From an uncultured archaeon (lineage in GTDB: Archaea > Asgardarchaeota > Lokiarchaeia > Sigyniarchaeales > SOKP01): 64,000 nt of DNA. Below are positions 1 to 9,408 of the stretch, in pieces. A program made the translations under genes and the position numbers. The stretch is from NCBI GenBank assembly GCA_964632315.1, contig CAZWEM010000010.1:43333-107332 (forward strand). Reading direction: 5' to 3'. The notes beneath the pieces are model-generated. The model saw only the letters and a list, made by a program, of their open reading frames with translations, was not told the origin of the DNA and searched no databases. Positions within the stretch are counted from its first letter, which is position 1. Every line of letters begins with the position of its first letter.

Positions 1-23
1 TTCTCTACGTTGCAAATTTTGCG

Positions 24-854
24 ATGGAAAAGAGAAGAAGAACAATTATTGTAGAAAGTGATTCAAGTCCATCAAAAAATTTTAGGAATCTTTTCTCTAT
101 TAAGAAATCAAATCTTAAATATCAAATGTTGTATGGAACTTTACTACTTTTCCTTTTATTCATCCCTTTAGACTATTTTACATATCTACTTTTACCCCAG
201 ATGATCCCTTTTTCTGCAAATTCTTTACTGCTCAATGTAACGAATTCTTATCTAGGAAAATCCTATTTTGTTTTTATTATATCTGCTATTATTATTCAAT
301 TTTCAGTGGCATTTTATGAAGAAGCTATTTCAAGGGGTTTTTTAACAAACAGAGGGAATGATTATGTTCCAAAAATGTCTGCAATCATGATATCTTCGGT
401 TTTTTTTGGAATGGGTCATTTTACTTATATTTTAAACATTGCTTCTCTTGGATATTTAATAATGTTACCTTTAATTTGGTGTATTGAAGCAATTGTGATA
501 GGAATCATTCTTTCAATGCTCGTTATGAGGAGGAAATGGATTTTTCCAGCAATTTTTGCTCATGCAATAAATAATATTATTTCAGCGCATGTGATATGGA
601 ATTATTTTCAAGGTAATGGCTTTACAATACTCGCAATATTTTTTTACCCTATTTTACTTGTTATTGGATTAATTTTATTGATTTTGAATTATTCATTAAT
701 CCGAGAAGCCTTATCATTAGGTTTTAAGGATTTAAAAGTGTATTTTAAGAATAACGCCCGCATTAAAGAACCAACTGATCATAAAATAATCCGTATAATG
801 TTAGATATCTTATTTGGGGTCCTAATATTCATATTTGGATACTTTTTGACATAG
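24..854 (+). CDS. CPBP family (CAAX protease/Abi) intramembrane glutamic endopeptidase; frame is open to the window edge, so probably 5'-partial
   Basis: EEAISRG, FFGMGH and HAINN motifs in a multi-TM protein. Confidence 0.85.
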   Translation: MEKRRRTIIVESDSSPSKNFRNLFSIKKSNLKYQMLYGTLLLFLLFIPLDYFTYLLLPQMIPFSANSLLLNVTNSYLGKSYFVFIISAIIIQFSVAFYEEAISRGFLTNRGNDYVPKMSAIMISSVFFGMGHFTYILNIASLGYLIMLPLIWCIEAIVIGIILSMLVMRRKWIFPAIFAHAINNIISAHVIWNYFQGNGFTILAIFFYPILLVIGLILLILNYSLIREALSLGFKDLKVYFKNNARIKEPTDHKIIRIMLDILFGVLIFIFGYFLT

Positions 855-864
855 GAGAAAATAA

Positions 865-1383
865 ATGGTTGTAATTGGGATAATTTCCGATACTCACATA
901 ACTAACTTAAATTATTCGGATATAGGAGTTAAATTGATCAGTCAATTAAAAGATACTTTCAAAGATGTTAATGAAATTATCCATGCTGGGGATATCTGCT
1001 CAGAAGTCTTTTTAAATGATTTAAATGGCATCGCTCCGGTGATGTCTGTAAATAGTCAGGAAGATATATTGGATTTAGATAGAATTATTATTTTTAAAAG
1101 AGGATTATATACAATTGGAGTTATCCATGAACAACCTAAAGATTTAGAAAAGTTTTGTAGAGAAAAAAATCTACAGATATTAATTTTTGGGCATACTCAT
1201 CAACCAATAATCAAGGGAACGAATTTTAATACATTGCTCATTAATCCTGGCAGCCCTACCAATCCTAAAGCCCCTCTATATAAACCTGGGTTTAAAATTC
1301 CTGTTCCTAAACCGACTGTGGTGATCTTGATCATCGACGAAGATAACATTCTATCCACGTATCTTATTAACTTAAAATCTTGA
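865..1383 (+). CDS. YfcE/MJ0936/Vps29-like metallophosphoesterase
   Basis: SDTH, HAGD, FGHTH and NPGS motifs; the GN motif is replaced by NSQED. Confidence 0.8.
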   Translation: MVVIGIISDTHITNLNYSDIGVKLISQLKDTFKDVNEIIHAGDICSEVFLNDLNGIAPVMSVNSQEDILDLDRIIIFKRGLYTIGVIHEQPKDLEKFCREKNLQILIFGHTHQPIIKGTNFNTLLINPGSPTNPKAPLYKPGFKIPVPKPTVVILIIDEDNILSTYLINLKS

Positions 1384-1509
1384 ATCTTTTAGAAATTAAA
1401 GATACTATTAGCCCCTTTAAATATTCTTTATGATAAGAAATGAGTTAAGATTAAATATTTTAAAAATATTATAATTTATACATTTAAATGGCGAGAGTGA
1501 ATATTAAAA

Positions 1510-1908
1510 TTGGTTAGTAAATTAGAGATGATTCTAAAAGAGCTCAATGATAACGGCAATTTTCGGGCTTCATTATTTTCCACATCTACTGGTCTCGTTT
1601 TAGCGTCCCAAAAAGTTGATGAAGTCGACGAGAAAGTTATTGCAGCTATGGGATCATTACTCAGTGATGCTGCATATAAAGCTTCTGAAGAATTAGATTT
1701 ATCTCAGTTAGAAAGTCTAAAGATTAGGTACCAAGAGGATTTCATTATTTGTAGAAATATCATTATGAATGATGAGAAAACCCAATTCCTTTTGGCGGTT
1801 CTTTGCAAACCGCCTGAATCAGATGATGTAGAAAAGTATTTTTCCCAATTATTAGATTGGGCTGTTGAAAACTCTTCGCAGGATTTAGAGAAATTATCCT
1901 CTATATAA
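1510..1908 (+). CDS. Roadblock/LC7 domain protein
   Basis: 132 aa; LFSTSTGLVLAS...IAAMGSLL...A..ELDL pattern typical of roadblock; TTG start. Confidence 0.8.
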   Translation: MVSKLEMILKELNDNGNFRASLFSTSTGLVLASQKVDEVDEKVIAAMGSLLSDAAYKASEELDLSQLESLKIRYQEDFIICRNIIMNDEKTQFLLAVLCKPPESDDVEKYFSQLLDWAVENSSQDLEKLSSI

Positions 1909-2010
1909 TAATTGTGTTCTTTTATGCCTTTTACCAAAAAAATGAATTAAAATCAATTATTATATATTAGAGATGTAATATTTAATACATAAGTTTTCTA
2001 AATTTCTTTT

Positions 2011-3048
2011 ATGAAAGCGGCTTACATTCTCAAACATGGAGATCTAAATAATTTAATCGTTGGAGATTTAGATCAACCAAATATTAGTGAAAAAGAAATT
2101 TTAATTGAAACCAAGTTCAGTGCTCTCAATCATATTGATCTTTTTATCATAAAAGGATGGCCAGGATTAGAATTGAAAATGCCTCATATTTTAGGGAGTG
2201 ATGCGAGTGGAGTCGTGGCTGAAGTGGGTTCATCTGTAGCTACTGTTAAAAAAGGAGATAGAGTAGTGATCAACCCAGGTTTAAGTTGTGGAACTTGTGA
2301 TTTCTGCCTTTCTGGAAAACAGAACTTCTGTAAAAATTTTTCAATTATGGGAGAAAATCAATGGGGAACCCATGCTGAGTACTTTGTATTACCCGAAGTG
2401 AATGCCATAAAACTACCTTTAGATGTGAATTATGAATCTGCAGCTGCTGCTCCTTTAACATTCTTGACTGCTTGGAGGGCATTAAAAAGTCAAGCAAACC
2501 TTCAGAATGGAGAAACAATAGTTATTCACGGTGCAGGAGGAGGTGTATCTACTGCGGCTATACAAATAGCTAAATTTTTAGGTGCAACTGTAATTACCAC
2601 AACAAGTAGTGTTAAGAAGGTTGAGATAGCAAAAAAATTGGGTGCTGATTTTGTGATTAATTATAATGAAGATCCAAATTATGATGCTTATATATATAAA
2701 AATATAATGAATCGAGAGGGCGTCGATGTTGTATTAGATAGCGTGGGTAAGCACACATTTAAAAAGAGTTTAAGATTGCTTAAACCGGGTGGTCGTATGA
2801 TTATACCGGGATCTACCACTGGTCCGATGAGTGAAGTAGATCTTAGACAAATATTTTGGAAACAACTAGAAATTAAAGGCACAACAATGAGTAATCAAAG
2901 TGAATTTAGAGAGGTCATGAAACTAATCTTTAAGGCAAAGTTAAATCCAGTAATAGATAGAATTTATCCCTTGAGTGAGATCAAAGAAGCTGAAGAATAC
3001 CTCCAAGAGGGAAAACAGTTTGGAAAAGTTTTACTGAAAATTAAGTAA
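2011..3048 (+). CDS. Zinc-binding alcohol dehydrogenase / quinone oxidoreductase (MDR family)
   Basis: CGTCDFCLSGKQNFC structural Zn loop, GAGGGV Rossmann motif, C-terminal FGKVLL. Confidence 0.9.
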   Translation: MKAAYILKHGDLNNLIVGDLDQPNISEKEILIETKFSALNHIDLFIIKGWPGLELKMPHILGSDASGVVAEVGSSVATVKKGDRVVINPGLSCGTCDFCLSGKQNFCKNFSIMGENQWGTHAEYFVLPEVNAIKLPLDVNYESAAAAPLTFLTAWRALKSQANLQNGETIVIHGAGGGVSTAAIQIAKFLGATVITTTSSVKKVEIAKKLGADFVINYNEDPNYDAYIYKNIMNREGVDVVLDSVGKHTFKKSLRLLKPGGRMIIPGSTTGPMSEVDLRQIFWKQLEIKGTTMSNQSEFREVMKLIFKAKLNPVIDRIYPLSEIKEAEEYLQEGKQFGKVLLKIK

Positions 3049-3719
3049 TAATTCCAAATTGGTTTCGCGTGAATTTCAATACCTTTTGCGAAATAATGGA
3101 TTCAAATCCCCCGTAAAAATGGTCTGCACCCTCAATAATAAATTTTGATTTTGGTTCCATGTAAGAATCGTAATGGAAGTCAAATCTATCAAAAGAAGCA
3201 ATATTATCCTTATCTCCTTGAATAAAAAATTTAGGTTTTGTAGTTTGGGTTGATTCCTTAAATCCTTCTCCCATAAAGTCCCAAGGAAAAGATATTGCAC
3301 AGAAACCTATGACTATTTCGGAATAATTGACAAGGCTACATCCAATAGCAGCTCCATACGAGTATCCACATATTAAAATCTTATCAAAATTTTCATTAGT
3401 CAAATAATCAATGCAAGTTTTAACATCTGTTAACTCTCCATTTCCTTCATATTGTTTACCAGCTGATTTTCCTACTCCTCGAAAATTAAAACGTAGACAT
3501 GAAATATTATTTGTTAGTAATTCATTAAATATGCTCGATATTACATTATTATACATATTACCCCCATATTTTCCCTTTCCTTGAGAAAGTCAAGTGAAAT
3601 TGAGGATGGGGGTGGCAAAGTAATACTATTTTATTTATTTGATTTGTCTTCTTACGAGAAATTTCAGCTTCTAAAACATTATCTTCTCCTTTAATTATTA
3701 TGTTTTTAGAGTCAAGCAT
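3041..3719 (-). CDS. Alpha/beta hydrolase, predicted spliced: exon 1 3719-3601, exon 2 3569-3041 (215 aa)
   Basis: Exon 1 reads MLDSKNIIIKGEDNVLEAE...VLLCHPHP; exon 2 reads (Q)YGGNMYNNV...RFNFRGVGKS...GYSYG...QGDKD...GADHF; catalytic Ser/Asp/His motifs intact; the ORF track shows only the 171-aa downstream part. Confidence 0.85.
3570..3600 (-). other. Predicted 31-nt bulge-helix-bulge mRNA intron
   Basis: Central helix UCCU/GGGA, bulges CA|A and AA|A, inner stem UUUC(A)CUUGA/UCAAGGAAA, exon-exon stem ACCCCC/GGGGGU; removal gives CCU CAA UAU GGG GGU AAU AUG. Confidence 0.8.
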
Positions 3720-3772
3720 AATTTTAATTAAGCATCATATAATATAATAATACTACTAAATAGCTAATAATT

Positions 3773-4630
3773 ATGAAATTTAATCCCATTGTAATAGAGA
3801 GAAAATTAAAAGAATTTATTGAAGAAGACTGTAACTTTAGTGATGTAAGTTCAGCGACTACTATAGATGATTTATCAAAGAGTAATGCTCATATAAAAGC
3901 AAAAAGTGAAGGATATGTTAGTGGGTTAGAGGAATTGAAAATCTTATACAATTTGTTAAAAGTATCTGTCGATCTTTTAAAAGAGGAAGGTGAAAAAGTT
4001 AAAAAAGGGGATATAATAGCAAATATAAATGGTCACACGCAATCTATTCTACTTGGAGAGAGAACGGCATTGAACTTACTAACACATATGAGTGCAATTA
4101 CTACAACCACAAGAAAATTTACTGAGATTGTCAAAGAATCGGGTAAAAATGTTAAGATCGCTTGTACTCGAAAAACACTTCCAGGCCTTAGGATCTTTGA
4201 AAAAAAAGCAGTATACTTGGGCGGAGGGGAAACTCATCGTTTTTCTTTGGATGATATGGTCTTGTTAAAGGACACTCATTTAAAGTATTATAATGGAAAC
4301 GTGGAAACATTATTGAAGAGAGTGAAAGAAAAGGTAAGCTTTTCAAAAAAAATAGAAATTGAAGTGGAAAATGTCCCAGATGTTGTTACGGCAGCAAGGA
4401 ATAGAGCAGATATTATTATGTTGGACAATATGAGTGCTGATGAAGTCCAAAAAGCTATTGATTTACTCAAGAAGAATAAATTGCGTGAGAATGTCATAAT
4501 TGAAGTATCTGGAGGCATTTCTCTCGTTAACTTATTAGATTACGTAATTTTAGAACCAGATATAATAAGTTCAAGTGAAATTACACAGTTTCCATCAGAA
4601 AAATTAGATTTATCACTTAGATTTGGTTAA
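3773..4630 (+). CDS. nadC: Nicotinate-nucleotide diphosphorylase (quinolinate phosphoribosyltransferase)
   Basis: ERTALN, TRKTLPG, HRFSLDD.VLLKDTH, IEIEVE, IMLDN and SGGI motifs. Confidence 0.95.
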   Translation: MKFNPIVIERKLKEFIEEDCNFSDVSSATTIDDLSKSNAHIKAKSEGYVSGLEELKILYNLLKVSVDLLKEEGEKVKKGDIIANINGHTQSILLGERTALNLLTHMSAITTTTRKFTEIVKESGKNVKIACTRKTLPGLRIFEKKAVYLGGGETHRFSLDDMVLLKDTHLKYYNGNVETLLKRVKEKVSFSKKIEIEVENVPDVVTAARNRADIIMLDNMSADEVQKAIDLLKKNKLRENVIIEVSGGISLVNLLDYVILEPDIISSSEITQFPSEKLDLSLRFG

Positions 4631-5019
4631 TCAATGACAATTTCATGAATTAAACAAGTGACGTCTTTTATTCTTGAGAGAGAATAATATAAATCTTTGA
4701 TCATCCCAAATTCCCCAACAGTAAGTATAATTTCAATTTTTTTTTCCAAAATTCTCCAGTCTGTAATCGCTTTAATAATAGAATTGAATTGACTATAAAG
4801 TTCAGAGATTTCTTCCGCGATGTTATCTTTAAAGGGATAAACTAGGTTTATTGCCATTATTTTATAACCCTCTAAATCTTCAAATTCTTCATGGTTTTCT
4901 ATAAATTTCACAATAGAATCTCTTAATGCTTCACTCTTAGATTGAAAACCACTTTTTGATCTTATATTTTCAAATCTTTCTAATAAATCATCGCTAATCT
5001 GTAGAGAGATTATCTTCAT
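4627..5019 (-). CDS. NikR-like regulator (ribbon-helix-helix plus ACT-like domain)
   Basis: N-terminal IISLQISDDLLERF...SKSEALRDSI RHH; 130 aa; no Ni-binding His/Cys cluster. Confidence 0.75.
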   Translation of the reverse strand: MKIISLQISDDLLERFENIRSKSGFQSKSEALRDSIVKFIENHEEFEDLEGYKIMAINLVYPFKDNIAEEISELYSQFNSIIKAITDWRILEKKIEIILTVGEFGMIKDLYYSLSRIKDVTCLIHEIVID

Positions 5020-5111
5020 TATAAAATAATTAAGGTTTATGCAAATATAAATTTTGAAATGACTATTTTTAGTTTTTAATTGAGTTAATTAGAAAAGTAA
5101 ATTAATTCATT

Positions 5112-5786
5112 TCATTTTAACATTTTTCGAGGACAACTTGAAAAAAGTTGTTTGAACATTCTGTAAAATTTATCCAAGTTTTCAATTTCTAATATGTAGG
5201 GTTCTCCAATTAAAAGACTTCCCCAATAGACTTTCGCAAGTTTTTCAACTAATTCTGCACTTTTTACAGCATTTGAGATGGATTTACCGCATACAATAAC
5301 GCCATGGTTAGCCAATAAAGCAGCATTTTTATATCCCATTGCTTGTAAAGCAGCATTTGCTATATCATCAGTATGTGCTTCGCCATATGACGAAATATCT
5401 ATTGCTCCTCCTAAATAAATTATTTGTTCTTCCATAATAATAGGAATTCCTTTTCTAGAAATTGATAGCATCGATGCGTAAGTCGAATGAGTATGAATTA
5501 CAGCTTGAACTTTTGGTCGAGATTTATATATTGCCACATGCAACTTCGCTTCTGTGGAGGGTAATTTTCCAGAACTTAAGGGAGTTCCATCAAACGCCAT
5601 GTGCACTATCTGATCCTCGGTCAATGTGTTATATTGGTTTGCTGTGGGAGTAATAAGATATTCCTCTTTCTTTCCAACCCGAATACTGACGTTACCCTCA
5701 TTATTTTCGACTAAACCTTTTGTAAAAATTGATTTGGCTCCTTCTACAACCGAATTTTTTAACTCTTTAAGTTTTTCTGATTCCAT
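5112..5786 (-). CDS. Class II aldolase/adducin family protein (FucA-like)
   Basis: GNVS.R, ITPT, PSTE..LH, HTHS and LLANHG motifs. Confidence 0.9.
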   Translation of the reverse strand: MESEKLKELKNSVVEGAKSIFTKGLVENNEGNVSIRVGKKEEYLITPTANQYNTLTEDQIVHMAFDGTPLSSGKLPSTEAKLHVAIYKSRPKVQAVIHTHSTYASMLSISRKGIPIIMEEQIIYLGGAIDISSYGEAHTDDIANAALQAMGYKNAALLANHGVIVCGKSISNAVKSAELVEKLAKVYWGSLLIGEPYILEIENLDKFYRMFKQLFSSCPRKMLK

Positions 5787-5975
5787 GGTTGAATAAATTA
5801 AAAATGGAATAAAAAGATATCATTCTCTGTAAAAACTTCCAAACCAGAAGAATCACTTTTTTGTTATAGGATCCTTAAAATTCAATTAAATTGGAAAATC
5901 TATTACGAGGTATTTTTTATAATAACCGACATAATTTTTAATAGGTGTGAAAGGTCATAATAAAATGATAACAAC

Positions 5976-7055
5976 ATGGCGCAAATAATCTTTCATTGCG
6001 ATTTGGATGCGTTTTTTGCTTCTGTTGAGATTCGAGATCATCCAGAATATAAAAATAGACCTGTTATAATAGGAGCCGATCCAAAGAAAGGGAAAGGGAG
6101 AGGAGTTGTATCTACTTGTAATTATAAAGCGAGAGAATATGGTTTACATTCAGCTTTACCCATATCTCAAGCCTATAAGAAATGTCCTCAAGGGATCTAC
6201 TTAAGACCAAATTTTTTAAAATATAAAAAAGCCTCACAACAAGTAATGCAAATCCTCAATTCATTTTCGGAAGAGTTTCAACAAGTCAGCGTTGATGAGG
6301 CATATGTTGATATGTCTGAGAGGTGTAAGGATTTTGATGAGGCTAAAGAAATAGCGAAAGCGATTCAAAAATCAATAATGAAAGAGGTTGGTATAACCAT
6401 GTCGATTGGAGTTGCATCTACTAAGTCCATAGCAAAAATAGCATCGGATTATCATAAACCCAATGGAACAACCATTGTAAGACCAGAAGAGGTTAAAAGG
6501 TTCTTGTCTCCATTGGAAATAACACGCATACCTGGCATCGGAAAAAAGTCTAAATTTTATTATAACAAAAGGGGGATATTCACAATAGGAGATATCATTA
6601 AAACTCCTTTAAATTTAATGATTCAAAAGTTTGGAAAAAGTGGATCGTGGGCTTGGAGAGTGGCAAATGGCTTAGATAATCGATCTGTAAAAGCCATTCC
6701 TGATGAGAGGAAGTCAATTAGTAAAGAACGAACCTTTTATGAAGATACAGCAGATTTTAGTTTAATTTTATCTAAATTGGAAGAGATAAACAAGAAAATT
6801 CATGATAAATTGAAACAAGGGGGAGTTTACTATAAAACAATTACTCTTAAAATTAGATTTCAAGGATTTTTAACCTATACTCGTTCGAAATCACTTCCTT
6901 TTCACATCCAAGATGAAAAAACCACAATTGATGTCATATTAGAGCTATATAAAGAGTTTTTGAATAATGGTAAAAAAGTGCGATTAGTGGGCATTAAGCT
7001 GTCGAATTTGTCAGCAAAAGATAAAATACAAAGAAAATTGATTAGTTATTTATAA
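5976..7055 (+). CDS. dinB: DNA polymerase IV (Y family)
   Basis: HCDLDAFFASVE, STCNYKAR.YG, SVDEAY, AKIASD..KP and IPGIG motifs. Confidence 0.95.
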   Translation: MAQIIFHCDLDAFFASVEIRDHPEYKNRPVIIGADPKKGKGRGVVSTCNYKAREYGLHSALPISQAYKKCPQGIYLRPNFLKYKKASQQVMQILNSFSEEFQQVSVDEAYVDMSERCKDFDEAKEIAKAIQKSIMKEVGITMSIGVASTKSIAKIASDYHKPNGTTIVRPEEVKRFLSPLEITRIPGIGKKSKFYYNKRGIFTIGDIIKTPLNLMIQKFGKSGSWAWRVANGLDNRSVKAIPDERKSISKERTFYEDTADFSLILSKLEEINKKIHDKLKQGGVYYKTITLKIRFQGFLTYTRSKSLPFHIQDEKTTIDVILELYKEFLNNGKKVRLVGIKLSNLSAKDKIQRKLISYL

Positions 7056-7106
7056 TCAAAGTTGAATTTTCTCAATATTATTTATAATCAAAGTTGAATT
7101 TTCTCA
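7046..7106. repeat. 29-bp perfect direct repeat (7046-7074 and 7078-7106) at the convergent dinB/IMPase junction
   Basis: ttatttataatcaaagttgaattttctca occurs twice with a 3-bp spacer. Confidence 0.9.
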
Positions 7107-7995
7107 TTGATTCCAATATTTCTTGATGAATATAGGAATTAGATGCAACTAACCCCGGAGCAGATACAATCACTTTTTCATCATGAAATGTCAATTGATT
7201 ACCATTAAGATCAGAAACTTTTCCTCCTGCTTCGCTTACTAACAAAATCCCAGGTAAAAAATCCCAAGCAAATGATCTCTCCATATTTAATGGTTTGATA
7301 TATATATCGGCATCTCCATTAGCTATTAGACAAAATTTCGCCATACTATCCATTTGAATGAATTTTGCAATATTAACTTCTGAAGCAAATTTCATTACCC
7401 AAGGTTCATCATAATGAAGAGAATGACACATAAGTGCTTTTGATAGATTTCCCTGCTCACTAACTTTTATTGTTGAAAAAGCTTCTCTTCCATAGGATAC
7501 TTTTGCTCCATTTCCTTTTTCTGCTATGAAAATAGCTGTTCCTTTCTCATTAAAATTAGGAACCCCAATGATAGAAATTCGAGGAATTGAATTCATCATT
7601 AATCCGATTCCAATTGCATAAGAAAGGTTCTTTTGAAATCCCTTGGTCCCATCAATTGGGTCTACTGTCCATTGTCTTTCAGATTTTGACTTTTTTTGTG
7701 ATAAATCTATTTCGATATCAATATTTAAATCATCATAGCATAATTCAATCAAATCAAGATCAGTTATTGATAGGTTTATCTCATCGGTTTCTTCAGCAAT
7801 GATTTGATCATCGGGAAAATATTCCGCAAGTCTAAAGGTGATAAAAAATTGTGATGCATAATCCGCTAATGTAACTGGTGAGTTATCTTGTTTTTGAAAA
7901 GACTTAAAGCCTACATTACTGAACCATTTTGTAATTTCTGTTGCTTTTCTTACTGTTTCTATAGCAATCTTTAATTCTGTATCAAAATTTTTCAT
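7078..7995 (-). CDS. Inositol monophosphatase superfamily, 3'(2'),5'-bisphosphate nucleotidase (HAL2/CysQ-like)
   Basis: KQDNSPVTLADYASQ, IIAEE, WTVDPIDGTKGF and AWD motifs. Confidence 0.9.
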   Translation of the reverse strand: MKNFDTELKIAIETVRKATEITKWFSNVGFKSFQKQDNSPVTLADYASQFFITFRLAEYFPDDQIIAEETDEINLSITDLDLIELCYDDLNIDIEIDLSQKKSKSERQWTVDPIDGTKGFQKNLSYAIGIGLMMNSIPRISIIGVPNFNEKGTAIFIAEKGNGAKVSYGREAFSTIKVSEQGNLSKALMCHSLHYDEPWVMKFASEVNIAKFIQMDSMAKFCLIANGDADIYIKPLNMERSFAWDFLPGILLVSEAGGKVSDLNGNQLTFHDEKVIVSAPGLVASNSYIHQEILESMRKFNFDYK

Positions 7996-8163
7996 TAAAT
8001 CTGAACTCCTGTTATATCGTTATAGAAAGAAATCCTTGGTATATTGTAAATTATGAATTCTTTAAAATAAATTTTGATCCTTATCTAAATTTTATTTCTT
8101 AATGCTCGTACATTATATTATACAAACTGAATATATAAATAAAAATTCTTATACCGTGTTATT

Positions 8164-8910
8164 ATGGTCAATCTAGTTTTTATTGGAATGAGTTTTGAAT
8201 CTTTTATAATTATAATCGCTAGCATTTTATTAGCATTGATTTTACGTAAATACTATGAAAAAGAAAAACACAAGCTGACACTATACCTCTTCTTGATATT
8301 CCTATTCTATGTGATCGCGATATTTTTCTCTTGGCTTTCGAAAATTCTGGTATTATATTCTAACATTAATTATGTGTATAACTCAAATTTACCAGATCCT
8401 GGTACGGTGCTTTCATGGATACTTTTAAGGATTACTGATTTTCGATTAAGCTTTGTATTCTTAGCTATTGCTATCTTTATATCTTACATATTAAAAGTGA
8501 ATATTTTTGAAAAGGATTACAAAAAAACACATAGAATTATAGTTATAATCTATTCAATCGTTACTGTACTTTATTCATTATTGATCTATCAACGGGGAAA
8601 TACATTACTGGATGTTATCGCATTCTTATTGATATTTGTATTTATGGCTATGATATATTTTCCGTTCTTCTTTAGTTCGGTTAATTCTTATAGATCGAGT
8701 CAAGAAAAGATATTTAAAAATGCATTTTTGTCATTAGCTTTGATGGCAATCTTTTTCATATTAGTGCCTTTTTACTTTTTAATTGATCGATTATTGATAC
8801 TCTTTGGAGGGCCGGGATTTTCAGTTTTTTACTTTTTAGCTTGGATATTTGTTTTACTTGGAATAATAGCAGCATATTATGGATATATTCGTCCAAGAAC
8901 GAGCAAGTAA
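8164..8910 (+). CDS. Polytopic (~7 TM) membrane protein, unknown function
   Basis: About seven hydrophobic segments with short basic loops. Confidence 0.7.
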   Translation: MVNLVFIGMSFESFIIIIASILLALILRKYYEKEKHKLTLYLFLIFLFYVIAIFFSWLSKILVLYSNINYVYNSNLPDPGTVLSWILLRITDFRLSFVFLAIAIFISYILKVNIFEKDYKKTHRIIVIIYSIVTVLYSLLIYQRGNTLLDVIAFLLIFVFMAMIYFPFFFSSVNSYRSSQEKIFKNAFLSLALMAIFFILVPFYFLIDRLLILFGGPGFSVFYFLAWIFVLLGIIAAYYGYIRPRTSK

Positions 8911-8994
8911 ATGCATTATAAATATAAAAGAATAAATTTAAGACTATTATTTTTTTTATCTAATATAATCTTATTATTTGATACCGTGATATAA

Positions 8995-9408
8995 TTGGTT
9001 AAAGTTCTTCAAGATATTTGGATTATCTCAGAAGGAGGAATTGTCTTATATCATCGTGTATTTGATGAAAAAGTCGATGATCAACTTTTCGGAGGATTAA
9101 TGAGTGCTTTAAATTCCTTTGCTGAAGAATTGGTCCATGAAGGGCTTTCTAATTTCGAACTCGAACAAAAGAGATTTACGTTTACTAAGCGGAATGGTCT
9201 ACTATTTATCGCGAATTCATCTAAAAAGGTTAAAGATAAAAAAGTTATGGAAGAATTAAGCAATATAATAACCCGATTTTTCGAGCTTTATCCTAAAGAA
9301 ATTTTTGAAAATTGGGAGGGAGATATAACTATTTTTTCAGACTTTGAAAAAGAAATAGAAGATAGTCTAGAAGATACAATTCAAAAATTTCAAAAAGCAT
9401 TCTGGTAA
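8995..9408 (+). CDS. Asgard longin-like domain protein
   Basis: IWIISEGGIVLY...DQLFGGLMSALNSFAEE...RFFELY...W.GD...F..FE pattern of Asgard longins. Confidence 0.75.
   Translation: MVKVLQDIWIISEGGIVLYHRVFDEKVDDQLFGGLMSALNSFAEELVHEGLSNFELEQKRFTFTKRNGLLFIANSSKKVKDKKVMEELSNIITRFFELYPKEIFENWEGDITIFSDFEKEIEDSLEDTIQKFQKAFW

Noticed and set aside
3557-3719. Reading the hydrolase as a plain frameshifted pseudogene or as a 171-aa protein starting at 3556
   Set aside because: The 171-aa form lacks the conserved HPHP..GG region. Both parts are otherwise intact, and the insert boundaries coincide with BHB cleavage positions, which a random insertion would be unlikely to do.
7046-7106. Mini-CRISPR array
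   Set aside because: Only two copies with a 3-bp spacer, both overlapping coding ends; no cas genes in the window
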